Assembly (NCBI GenBank): GCA_943788985.1
Contig: CALSSJ010000011.1
Coordinates: forward strand, 96,001-160,000
Length of the DNA stretch: 64,000 nucleotides
Source of the DNA: an uncultured Lentisphaerales bacterium
Lineage (GTDB): Bacteria > Verrucomicrobiota > Lentisphaeria > JABSQK01 > UBA12247
Reading direction: 5' to 3'
Position numbers and translations under genes: made by a program. How positions within the stretch are numbered: position 1 is the first letter of the stretch; each line of letters opens with the position of its first letter. Positions 1 through 9,065 of this stretch are shown here, one piece after another. The notes under the pieces were generated by a model. That model saw only the letters and a list, made by a program, of their open reading frames with translations. It was not told the origin of the DNA and searched no databases.

Positions 1-1196
1 ACGCCATCTGCCAGCTCATGTGAAGACACGTCACGGGTTGCAGTGCCGCCTGCGTAGTAGATCGGCGCGACGTGCAGCTCATCCTCCTGGCGTAGGCCTA
101 GGCGAAAGGCACGCACTATGCCAGCCATCAGGAACCGAGTCGGGCCAAACCCATGCGGCTGAAACCACACGCGCAACCGCGGGGCCAGCAGGTGTAGTGT
201 GGCAAGCGCGGCGGCAATCTTATCTGGATTGTGGGCAAAGTCGTCGATCACCGTGATCTCGTGCGCGGTGCCGATGATCTGCATCCGGCGCTGAATCCCA
301 CGAAACTCGCTGATAGCGCATGCTGCATCCCTCAGTGGCACGCCTATTGCGTGCACAGCAGCGATTGCCGCCAGCGCGTTGGCCACGTTGTGCCGTCCAG
401 GCACAGCCAGCATCACCGGGAATCCGTTTACCGTAAAGGTGCTGCCCTCGGCCCGGCAGTCCACGTCCAAGGCTCGCAGCTGTGCGTCTGCCCGAAACCC
501 AAACGTCCGGCAGCGTGGCGACATCGCGAGCAGTGTGTTGCAGTGCGAACAGTCGCTGTTCAACACAGCCACCCCTGCGCGAGACACGAACCGGGAAAAC
601 AGCTCAATCAACTCATCCATCGGCTTGTGATCCAGCCCAATGTTGGTCACCACACTTACCCGTGGCCAGTAGTGGGCGATCGTGCCATCGCTTTCATCGG
701 CCTCCGCCACCAGCATGTCAGGATCTCCGCAGAGCACATTGCCGATGGCACCATTGCCCAGCGCGTTCAGCATGATGCCACCATTGATCACCGTCGGCTT
801 TTTGTGGACCTGCTGCAAAATCGTCCCGATCATGCCCGTCACTGTGGTCTTGCCCGACGTACCACCGACCGCGATGCCATTGGCTGCGTTCAGCAGGTCA
901 GCCAGAATCATTGAGCGATGCCTGAGTGGCAGATCCAGCTCGCGCGCCCGCTCCAGATCCGGAATCGACGCTTCTACCGCAGTCGATGTCACCACCTCGT
1001 CGATCGCCGAGTGCAGGCCGCTTCCGTCCTGCGGTACCAGCTTTATCCCCAGGGCTTGCAGCTTTCGCGCCAGCTCCGAGTCCGGGTCGCGGTCGAAGGT
1101 GCGGTCTGACCCCTGCACGTTGTGGCCCCGATGGACCAACACTTGTGCTAAGGCACTCATGCCGCTGCCACCCACGCCACAGAAATGGTATTGCAT
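1..1196 (-). CDS. murC: UDP-N-acetylmuramate--L-alanine ligase family (MurC/Mpl-like), 3' end outside the window
   Basis: Not in the ORF track; read manually from ATG at 1196: MQYHFCGVGGSGMSALA, GTSGKTTVT P-loop, EADESDG, DDFAHNP, FQPHG motifs. Confidence 0.85.
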   Translation of the reverse strand, partial: MQYHFCGVGGSGMSALAQVLVHRGHNVQGSDRTFDRDPDSELARKLQALGIKLVPQDGSGLHSAIDEVVTSTAVEASIPDLERARELDLPLRHRSMILADLLNAANGIAVGGTSGKTTVTGMIGTILQQVHKKPTVINGGIMLNALGNGAIGNVLCGDPDMLVAEADESDGTIAHYWPRVSVVTNIGLDHKPMDELIELFSRFVSRAGVAVLNSDCSHCNTLLAMSPRCRTFGFRADAQLRALDVDCRAEGSTFTVNGFPVMLAVPGRHNVANALAAIAAVHAIGVPLRDAACAISEFRGIQRRMQIIGTAHEITVIDDFAHNPDKIAAALATLHLLAPRLRVWFQPHGFGPTRFLMAGIVRAFRLGLRQEDELHVAPIYYAGGTATRDVSSHELADG

Positions 1197-1326
1197 GACA
1201 AAAATCCGCTCGAGGTTGGTGAATTCCCGCCCTCTCGCGCGGGTACTGCAGGGTAACGCAGAGCGTGAGGTAGGCCAGTTCAGTCCGCCAGCCTTCTGCT
1301 AGTGATGTTGCGATGGCCTACAAGAG

Positions 1327-1378
1327 GATCGACTCGAGTCGACCCCATCGACAGCAGTCGACTCGAATCGGTTTTTTT
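1327..1378 (+). terminator. Hairpin followed by a T-run in the murC/tag divergent intergenic region
   Basis: tcgagtcgac...gtcgactcga inverted repeat followed by atcggtttttttt. Confidence 0.35.
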
Positions 1379-1562
1379 CGTGTTCGTGCACGATGCCTTT
1401 CGCTGGCGAACCGTCTGCTGACTTGCTGCAGCCAAACAGGCCCGTTGGGCCTGAAACCGCAAGCCGCTGGTGTATGCATAGGATCAGTCCCTTTCTGGGT
1501 TTGCGAAGTCCGCAACGAATGAGCCGCCTGGCCAATCTTTCGTCTGACGCCATACTCTGGCC

Positions 1563-2171
1563 ATGAATGAATCAGATCAAATCATCCGCTGCGAATGGTG
1601 TGGCACCAACCCTGAGTATCAGGCGTACCATGACGAAGCCTGGGGAGTGCCGGTTACGGATGACCGCACGCTCTTTGAATTCATCACTCTCGAGGGCGCG
1701 CAGGCAGGCCTGAGCTGGATCACCATCCTTCGCAAAAAGCCTCACTACTGTAAAGTTTTCGCTGGATTTGACCCGGAGGTCGTCGCCAAGTTTGGCGAAG
1801 CAGAGTTCGAGCAGCTGATGGCCGATCCGGGCATCGTGCGCAACCGGCTCAAGATTCGCTCCACGATTGCCAATGCCCAAGGCGTCCTTGAGATACAGCG
1901 AGAGTTTGGCACGTTTTCAGCTTTCATCTGGGGCTTTGTAGACGGCCAGCCTGTGCAGAACTCCTACGAGAATCTGGCCGACCTGCCTGTCAAGACCGAC
2001 ATCGCCTTGGCCATGAGCAAAGACCTCAAGAAACGGGGCTTCCGTTTCGTCGGTCCGACCATTTGCTACGCCTTCATGCAGGCTGTCGGGATGGTGAATG
2101 ACCACGTCGTTAGCTGTCACCGCTATGCGGCAATTCGGGACCTTGGGCACAGCGAGAAGCAATTCAGGTAG
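1563..2171 (+). CDS. tag: DNA-3-methyladenine glycosylase I
   Basis: RCEW, YHDEAWG, LEGAQAGLSW, IVRNRLKI, FVGPTICYAFMQAVGMVNDH motifs. Confidence 0.95.
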   Translation: MNESDQIIRCEWCGTNPEYQAYHDEAWGVPVTDDRTLFEFITLEGAQAGLSWITILRKKPHYCKVFAGFDPEVVAKFGEAEFEQLMADPGIVRNRLKIRSTIANAQGVLEIQREFGTFSAFIWGFVDGQPVQNSYENLADLPVKTDIALAMSKDLKKRGFRFVGPTICYAFMQAVGMVNDHVVSCHRYAAIRDLGHSEKQFR

Positions 2172-2267
2172 ATCGCGTCCGGTCTGCAGGTTGTCACTCG
2201 AAGGAGATCTGCCCCGGGGTCAAGGCAGCCAGGAACTCCTTGCACGGTAGACAAAAAATGAAGTCTA

Positions 2268-3150
2268 TCACCAGTTTTGCACTGCCTCGATAAAGCAGTG
2301 CGCTGTGAGCCTCCGATAGTCCGACAGAAACGCCCACAGACCTCTGAGATCCTTTCTGGAAACCGCCTCACTGTTCTTGAACTCAACGCAGCAGAATTCG
2401 CGATCTCCGTAGACAATGAAATCTACCTCTGTGCCGCTCGGGGTCCGCCAGAAGTTTGGTTCATGGCCGCCAGTGTAGCCGCACCACGCTCGCAAGTGCT
2501 GGAGAACCAGGCCCTCCAATGCGAGGCTCGCGATCTCTTAGGTGCTAGTGGACCTTTTGGGCGCACTGCAGGAAAAAAACCGGCATCGAAATAGTAGGAC
2601 TTTGCTTGTTTAATTAATCCGCGCTTTGCTCTCTTGGAGAATACCGGAAGACGAATAGACGGCAGCATGTCTTCCAAAATCGACATGTATCCTTCCATCG
2701 TTTTTCGGCTGACCTGACACTCTCGGGTGACCTCCGAGATGTTGAGAGTCGAGCCATGTGAGAGGCTAATCGTCTCGAGAAAACGGCTGAAGTGTCCAAA
2801 GTTTCGAACCAACCCTTCAGCCATTATTTGCTTGAGCTTTCTCGCGCGTGAGCCAGTTAGCACGAATCACGTGCCGTGTTTTCAATTTCTTGGTATACGA
2901 AAGACAACAAGTCAGGGACTCGTTGAATTTCATCGATGATTATGGCCTGCCCGGTCCAATTTGCCTACAGCCAATCTTACAATAGCTCCGGCCGCGCCAC
3001 AAAAAGCCGGTGAATATCCGGATCAAGGAGATCCAGCGTCAGCGCGTTGGTTCGTTTCTGTGCGAGCCAGGTTGACTTGCCGGTACCGCGAGGCCCCAGC
3101 AGGAAAAAGCTTCCGAGAAGCTCACTGAAATATCGGAATTGCAGAACAAG
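2268..3150 (-). pseudogene. Degraded AAA ATPase with DUF4143-like C-terminal nuclease-fold domain
   Basis: Fragments FFLLGPRGTGKSTW (Walker A, about 3065-3110), LTGSRARKL, YYFDAG, FWRTPSGTEVDF, VEFK; internal stop, frameshifts and an apparent internal deletion. Confidence 0.75.
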
Positions 3151-3226
3151 GGATATTTGGAATGCAAGCCGTCATATTCGGTCCAAGTATGGCGATCCAA
3201 GTAGCAGATTCGCACCTTTTTGCGAA

Positions 3227-3296
3227 GGTAGCCCAGGCGTGCACTCGTGCCTCCCTTGGTGTGGGGTACCTTGTCTCAGCCCGTTGCGTTGGGCCT
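3227..3296. repeat. Dispersed REP-like palindromic element, copy 1
   Basis: ggtagcccaggc...taccttgtc...gcccgttg...gggcct; similar to 22747-22811. Confidence 0.55.
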
Positions 3297-3337
3297 TTAA
3301 CTGCAAGCCGATAGCCCACGCTACGCGATCTGCCTGT

Positions 3338-4519
3338 CTATGATTTGCTCTGGCGCTTCGCGTCTTCGGCCTTGAGCGCGTCGTGAACGTCGCGCAGGGC
3401 CTGCTCTGCCTGTGGGCCAATCGGCAGGTCTTGTAAGGCAGCCGCTAACTCGCCAACTTCCTCGGGCTGGATTTGGTTCCCGGGAAACCAGTGGCTGGGG
3501 TTCCCCATCAGGTTATAGCGACCTTTCGCGTATTCGAGCATATCGAACGCCTTCCACATGTTATAGAGCCGTAGGACATGGTAGACATTCACCTGCCCGG
3601 GCGTCTCTTCGATGCTCGGTAGATCCTGCCACCAAGAGTCATGCCAGGTCTTTCCCAGGACTCGGCGCCCCTCGGCTGTCAGCGCCTTAAGGACCGGAAA
3701 CACGCTTTCCCAGGCGCTGTCGACAAGCGGGAGGTAATCGAGACAGGCGTCGAAGTCAGACGGCCGGGCTGCTCCGTGGCTCAAGGTATGCACATCGGGT
3801 CGTGACAGGCAGAACAGCGCGTTCATGCCCATCGGCGTAAGCGGTTTGCACAATCTGGCGAGTTTCGGTGGCGGATCGTAGAGCCGGCCACCCTTGTCGT
3901 TGGGGCTGATAATGAAGCAGCCCATATCCTGCTCGCGTGCCGCGTCGATGGCGGGTGCGTTGGCTTGGTCGAAGTAGTACCAGTGCAGATTCACATAGTC
4001 GAACTCACCGGTGTTGATCGTACTGACGATCGAGTCGGTCGGACCATGCGTGGAGAAGCCGATAAATTTGACCATCCCTTCGTCTTGCATCTTCCTGGCC
4101 TCGGCCAGTGGCCCCCCCGGCTTGAGGGAAAAGTCTAGGATCTCCTGGTTATTGATTCCGTGAAAGCCCAGCAAATCTACATGGCTTTGGTCCAGGCGCG
4201 TCAGTGACGTCTCGACCAGCTTGCGAAACTCACCGCCATCTGGAGACGGCGGCACCTTAGTCTGTAGGATGATCTTCTCACGCGGAAGTTTGGGGAGGAT
4301 ACGGCCCAGTTGTGACTCGCTGCTGCCGTAGCCGTGTGCGGTTTCGATGTGATTGATACCAATCCCGAGCGCCCGCCGGACGGTCGACTCCAGTCGCTCC
4401 TGTTCCTCATCCGTGACCTCCGTCGCGGGTAGATCCTTCCAGGATTGCTGAAAGCGCATCCCCCCGCAGGACAGCACTGACATCTCCAGGTTGGTCCGGC
4501 CAAATCGTCGATAGTGCAT
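3338..4519 (-). CDS. Aldo/keto reductase
   Basis: YRRFGRT, GGMRF, GINHIETAHGYG, IGFSTHG, ISPNDKGG. Confidence 0.9.
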   Translation of the reverse strand: MHYRRFGRTNLEMSVLSCGGMRFQQSWKDLPATEVTDEEQERLESTVRRALGIGINHIETAHGYGSSESQLGRILPKLPREKIILQTKVPPSPDGGEFRKLVETSLTRLDQSHVDLLGFHGINNQEILDFSLKPGGPLAEARKMQDEGMVKFIGFSTHGPTDSIVSTINTGEFDYVNLHWYYFDQANAPAIDAAREQDMGCFIISPNDKGGRLYDPPPKLARLCKPLTPMGMNALFCLSRPDVHTLSHGAARPSDFDACLDYLPLVDSAWESVFPVLKALTAEGRRVLGKTWHDSWWQDLPSIEETPGQVNVYHVLRLYNMWKAFDMLEYAKGRYNLMGNPSHWFPGNQIQPEEVGELAAALQDLPIGPQAEQALRDVHDALKAEDAKRQSKS

Positions 4520-4525
4520 GCGGCC

Positions 4526-5356
4526 TCAGCTCTGGGTCAGATATGCGTGCTTGATGCGAGCCAAATAGTCCACTTGATCGCTGGCCCATTGCTCTTCGGA
4601 GAAGATCTCGACCTCGTTGTAGCCGTCGAATCCAGCGGCTTCCACCCAGCCGCGAATCTCGGCAATATCGATGCAGCCATCGCCCATCAACGCTCGATCC
4701 GTGAGCAGGTCGCGGGTGGGGGTACGCCAGTCACAGATATGAAAGCCGAACAGCCAGTCGTTGGCGCCACAACGCGCAATTTCCGCCTGTGCCTGGTCAT
4801 CCCACCAGACGTGATAGACATCCACTGCCACGCCCAGCAGCGGATGCTGGAGCGCCCCACAGATGTCGTTGGCCTGCTTCATCGTGGTCACGCATGACTT
4901 ATCGCCGGCATACATCGGATGCAGCGGCTCGATCGCCAACCTTACATGTGCGGACTCCGCATGCGCTAGCACACCGGCGATGCCGTCCTGCACCTGCTGG
5001 CGGGCGTCTGCCAGCGGGATGCCGGGAACCGCCCCCACCACCAGCACCACCATCTCAGCGCCCAGTGCGGCCGCCTCGTCGATAATCTGGCGATTCTCAT
5101 CCAGCGCTGCCTGTCGTCCTGACTCGCTCGCCGCCGGAAAAAAGCCGCCGCGCACCAGCGCGGGGACTGCCAGACCGGATGACTTCACCAGGCGCGCAGC
5201 CTCACCGATCCCGATGGGCGCAATGACGTTTCGCCAGATGCTTACTGCCGTAATCCCAGCCGTCCCGTAATTCTCCAGGCACTCAGCCAGGGACCATGGC
5301 TTATTTGTCTGCGTATGAACTGCAAGACGCGAGAAGTCAGTGATGTGTTCAGACAT
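4526..5356 (-). CDS. Sugar phosphate isomerase/epimerase (xylose isomerase-like TIM barrel)
   Basis: LAIEPLHP, VDVYHVWWD, FHICDW, GDGCID, EVEIFS. Confidence 0.88.
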   Translation of the reverse strand: MSEHITDFSRLAVHTQTNKPWSLAECLENYGTAGITAVSIWRNVIAPIGIGEAARLVKSSGLAVPALVRGGFFPAASESGRQAALDENRQIIDEAAALGAEMVVLVVGAVPGIPLADARQQVQDGIAGVLAHAESAHVRLAIEPLHPMYAGDKSCVTTMKQANDICGALQHPLLGVAVDVYHVWWDDQAQAEIARCGANDWLFGFHICDWRTPTRDLLTDRALMGDGCIDIAEIRGWVEAAGFDGYNEVEIFSEEQWASDQVDYLARIKHAYLTQS

Positions 5357-5440
5357 ATTGAGCGCAAACTGGAATGGGAAATGACCGGCGTGAACGATAC
5401 AGTGACCCGCTACGATTCATAAACAGGCTACCCGAGCAAC

Positions 5441-5986
5441 ATGAAACCATCTGATTCTCTCACAGGCCCACGCGCCATGACCGTTCTGGAGCCGCTGCAG
5501 GCGCGCACCCCTGCGCCGCTCGTCCCCACCCGCCCGTTTTCTCCAGGGCTTTTGCAGGGCATCTCGCCCGAGGATCTACTGGCCCAGCCCGCAGAGCGCC
5601 CGCTCTATGGCACCGCCATCCTCAGCGGTCTGCTGCTTTGGAACGATGAGCTCGACGCTTCCCACATGATCTCCCAGGGAATCCACACGCCCACCGGCAG
5701 CTATTGGCATGGCATTATGCATCGACGCGAGCCGGACTACAGCAACGGCAAGTACTGGTTCCGCAAGACCGGTGACCATCCAGCATTTCCCGAGCTGCTC
5801 CAGGCTGCCCAAGCGCAGCTGGCGGATACCGAGAGTGCCATCGCGAGGCAGATCCGATCCTGGACCAGCTGGGATCCCTTCCAGTTTGTGGATTGGTGTG
5901 AGGCCGGCGCGGAGCGGAGTCTGCTCGAGGCCATCCAAGATCTCGAGATTCGCGTCCTCCTCTGCCATTGCGCCCAACAGGCGTAG
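5441..5986 (+). CDS. Conserved hypothetical protein
   Basis: Clean ORF with family-like motif [12 protein letters not shown]...[21 protein letters not shown]. Confidence 0.75.
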   Translation: MKPSDSLTGPRAMTVLEPLQARTPAPLVPTRPFSPGLLQGISPEDLLAQPAERPLYGTAILSGLLLWNDELDASHMISQGIHTPTGSYWHGIMHRREPDYSNGKYWFRKTGDHPAFPELLQAAQAQLADTESAIARQIRSWTSWDPFQFVDWCEAGAERSLLEAIQDLEIRVLLCHCAQQA

Positions 5987-6043
5987 TTGGCTCACAGGAG
6001 GAAAAAAGATCGAGTCGATCCTTCATGCCCCCGCCACCCGCAC

Positions 6044-6077
6044 AAAAAAGGCGGCCCGAGCTTTCGCTCGGACCGCC
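6044..6077. terminator. GC-rich hairpin with flanking A-run (intrinsic terminator-like)
   Basis: aaaaaa ggcggcccgagc tttc gctcggaccgcc. Confidence 0.55.
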
Positions 6078-6218
6078 CGGGGGAGGAAAGCAATAGTAAG
6101 TACCATCTGTTTGCCTTCCCTCCGACACGCCACTGCAGAAAAAGTTCCCGGCGTCGCGAACTCCGCAACGATCCAGCGTCAGGGTGGACCAATCGGACGC
6201 CATAACTATAGTCCCGCC

Positions 6219-7523
6219 ATGGATGCCCACTTAACTCCCAAGCACGCAGTCACGATTCTGCTGCCAACCAAGCGCGAAGCAGCAAACCTCCGGTGGCTGT
6301 GCGGCGCGCTTCATGAAGAATTGGATCCGCATGTGCGGGAACTTGAGATTCTAGTCGTCGACACCCCGACAGGTGACGGTTCAGAAGAGCTGTGTGCGGA
6401 GCTTGGCGCCCGCTATGTTGGCGATCCGACCCTGGGATTTGCCGATGCGTTGCGGCGTGGGTTCCAGGAAGCCACGCACGATATTATCGTGACCATGGAC
6501 GCTGATGGCTCGCATCATCCGCTCTATATTCGCTGGATGCTGTATGAGATCGACGATGTCGACCTCGTCATCTGTTCGCGCTACGTCGGCCGTGGCGGCC
6601 AGGAAGCCACCGCCTTTCGCTATGTCACCAGCCTGATTTTGAATCAATGGGTCGGCACCGTCTGTTCCATGCCAATCCGCGATTTGTCGGGTGGCTTCAA
6701 AATGTACCGTCGGTCCGTTCTGGAGACGATTAATCTGGACAGCACCGGATTCGAGATCCAATGCGAGATTGCGATCAATACCTATGGCAACGGCTTCCGC
6801 CTGCGCGAAATTCCGTTTTGCTATCATCCTCGTCTCGAAGGCCGCAGCAAAGCCGCTGTGGTCAAATACGGACTCGCCTTTCTGTTCGGCAGCATGCGCC
6901 TGCGGCGCTATCGCAATTCCCGCGAGTTCTGCGATTACGATGAACGGGCCTACAAGAGCCGTATCCCGATGCAGCAATGGTGGCAGCGCACTCGGTATCG
7001 CAAGATGATCGAACGCATGATCCCCGAGGGCGTGACCATCGATGTGGGCTGCGGCAGTGGCCGTATCATGCTGGGCTGGCCCAAGGTCATCGGCATCGAT
7101 GTCAATAAATCCGTGCTCCGCTACCTGCGCCAGGACGAGCGTCGCGCCATCGAGGCCGATGGTTCCAAGCTGCCCGTGCTCAGCGAGTCCGTGGATCGTC
7201 TCTACTGCGCAGAGGTGGTCGAACATCTGCAGGATCCCGGGCCCATGCTCGACGAACTGGTTCGGGTGATGAAACCCGGAGCCCAGCTGATGATCACCAC
7301 GCCAAACTATGGCTCGATCATCTGGCCGTCTCTCGAATGGCTTTACGAGTTACTGCTGCCGCCTGCCACCGGGCATAAGCACCACACGCGGTACAAAGCC
7401 GCCACCTTGGTCGAGGCCCTCAGCAGCCGCGGCCTCACGCTGCTGCACAAGACCACCATGCTCAACGCGATCTTGATCATGCATTTCGAGAAGCCTGGCA
7501 GGAGTGATTCTAGCGATGGATGA
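6219..7523 (+). CDS. GT2 (polyprenol-phosphate glycosyltransferase/DPM1-like) fused to class I SAM methyltransferase
   Basis: Probable start MDAHLT at 6219; MDADGSH, SRY, DLSGGFK, R..GRSK (GT2) then DVGCGSG, EVVEHL, TTPN (methyltransferase). Confidence 0.85.
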   Translation: MDAHLTPKHAVTILLPTKREAANLRWLCGALHEELDPHVRELEILVVDTPTGDGSEELCAELGARYVGDPTLGFADALRRGFQEATHDIIVTMDADGSHHPLYIRWMLYEIDDVDLVICSRYVGRGGQEATAFRYVTSLILNQWVGTVCSMPIRDLSGGFKMYRRSVLETINLDSTGFEIQCEIAINTYGNGFRLREIPFCYHPRLEGRSKAAVVKYGLAFLFGSMRLRRYRNSREFCDYDERAYKSRIPMQQWWQRTRYRKMIERMIPEGVTIDVGCGSGRIMLGWPKVIGIDVNKSVLRYLRQDERRAIEADGSKLPVLSESVDRLYCAEVVEHLQDPGPMLDELVRVMKPGAQLMITTPNYGSIIWPSLEWLYELLLPPATGHKHHTRYKAATLVEALSSRGLTLLHKTTMLNAILIMHFEKPGRSDSSDG

Positions 7524-8310
7524 TGTCGTCAAGGTTGTGATTCTGGCCATCGTCCAGGGAATCGCAGAATTTTTGCCCATCAGTTCATCCGGTCATCTGG
7601 CTGTGCTGAGCAAGCTGTTTGGCTTCCAAGACGATGAGAATGTGCTGATGTCCATCGCACTGCATGCGGGCACCTTACTGTCGATTATCCTTTACTATCA
7701 CAAAGACCTGCTGTCGATGCTTCAGCCCAAGAACTTCAAGCTGGCGCTGCTGATTGGCCTGGGCACGATCCCCGCCGTGATCGTCGGGCTGGGCCTGAAG
7801 GATATGATGGATCAGTTTGTCAATACGCCGCTCTTTATCGCTGGCTTCTTCTGTTGCACGGCCGCCATCCTGTTCTTTTTGCATAATCGGGAGCCGATTG
7901 GCAAGCCGCTAAAAGAGATCGGGCCGCGCGATGCGTTGGCGATCGGCGTGCTGCAGGCGATCGCCATTCTGCCAGGTATCTCGCGCAGCGGCTCCACCAT
8001 CGCCATTGCCACTCGTCTGGGCTATGACCACGAGGACGCTGCACGTTTTTCCTTTCTTCTCGGCATTCCTGCGATTGGTGGTGCGGTCGTGTTGTATCTC
8101 AAGGACATTCTGGAGATGGGTGCTAATGAGTCAGGCGGCAGTGTGACGCTTCCGCTTTTGTTTCTCGGCTTTGTCGTCTCGTTTGTCACTGGCTACGGTG
8201 CGCTGCTGTGCCTGATCAAGATCCTGCGCAAGGGCAAGCTCCACCACTTCGCGATCTACCTGGTCTGCATTGCCATTATTCTGGCTGGCTTTACGTTTTT
8301 CGGGTCCTGA
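7516..8310 (+). CDS. uppP: Undecaprenyl-diphosphate phosphatase
   Basis: QGIAEFLPISSSGHL and PGISRSGST motifs; multiple TM segments. Confidence 0.95.
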   Translation: MDDVVKVVILAIVQGIAEFLPISSSGHLAVLSKLFGFQDDENVLMSIALHAGTLLSIILYYHKDLLSMLQPKNFKLALLIGLGTIPAVIVGLGLKDMMDQFVNTPLFIAGFFCCTAAILFFLHNREPIGKPLKEIGPRDALAIGVLQAIAILPGISRSGSTIAIATRLGYDHEDAARFSFLLGIPAIGGAVVLYLKDILEMGANESGGSVTLPLLFLGFVVSFVTGYGALLCLIKILRKGKLHHFAIYLVCIAIILAGFTFFGS

Positions 8311-8583
8311 ACCGGGGCTGGGAAGGAAGTTTGAAGGGGGGAAGTGTGAAGTGTGACGGGGGGGAGGATGCCACTCCGCTGCGCTACGAGGCTCACCACA
8401 AACCTACGACCGATGGCGGATCGCGAGAGAATCAAAGTCTTTGCTCCAGTGTCTCTGTGGTTTGTTCTTGTCCGTTCCCTGCTCTCTTTTTCTTCGGCCG
8501 ATCAGGCTAGCTCGAGGGCGCGAGGACGCCACGGTGCAAGGCCGTAGCTTGTTTGTTCTGTGCTGCGAACGGACTTCCCTTTG

Positions 8584-9030
8584 ATGAAACTCTCCCAACC
8601 TTTTCCCTGCCTGCTGCTCGTGGAGCGGGAGCTTGTCCACGACTCACTGTCGCGCTGGTCGCTCATCATTTGGGCTGCGGCGCCGCTGGCATTTCTGTAG
8701 GCAGTGCTGAGGATGCGCCTTGTGTCTGCTGGCGCACCCGGCTTGGTTTTGTTCGAGCGCTTGATGTGGGCAAATGGTCTGCTGTTGCCGTTTTACACGA
8801 CCTTGGCCTCGAGCGGGCCCGATCCCGTGGCAAACTGGGCTGCCGATCCACTTGGTGCTTCGCTGCCGGAGCGTGCCGCTACTGCGGACGGCTTCTCGCT
8901 TACTTTCGACACTGGCACAGACATCCTCAGCTTCCCACAGGATGGCAGCGGAAAATCTGAGATCATGCTCAATCGCGACGGTGCCGCCTTCACGGCCAAG
9001 CGCTTGCGGACCACGATCCGCTTCCGCTAG
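8584..9030 (+). pseudogene. Hypothetical ORF interrupted by an in-frame TAG
   Basis: ATG 8584 is in frame with ORF 8704-9030 across a TAG at 8698-8700; no recognisable motif. Confidence 0.25.
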
Positions 9031-9065
9031 TAGTCCAGCATTATCTTGTTGGATATTCCTGAGGG

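Noticed and set aside
5709..6218. N-terminal 170 aa of the 604-aa ORF
   Set aside because: Overlaps the upstream gene and a terminator-like hairpin; GT2 similarity starts only near ATG 6219
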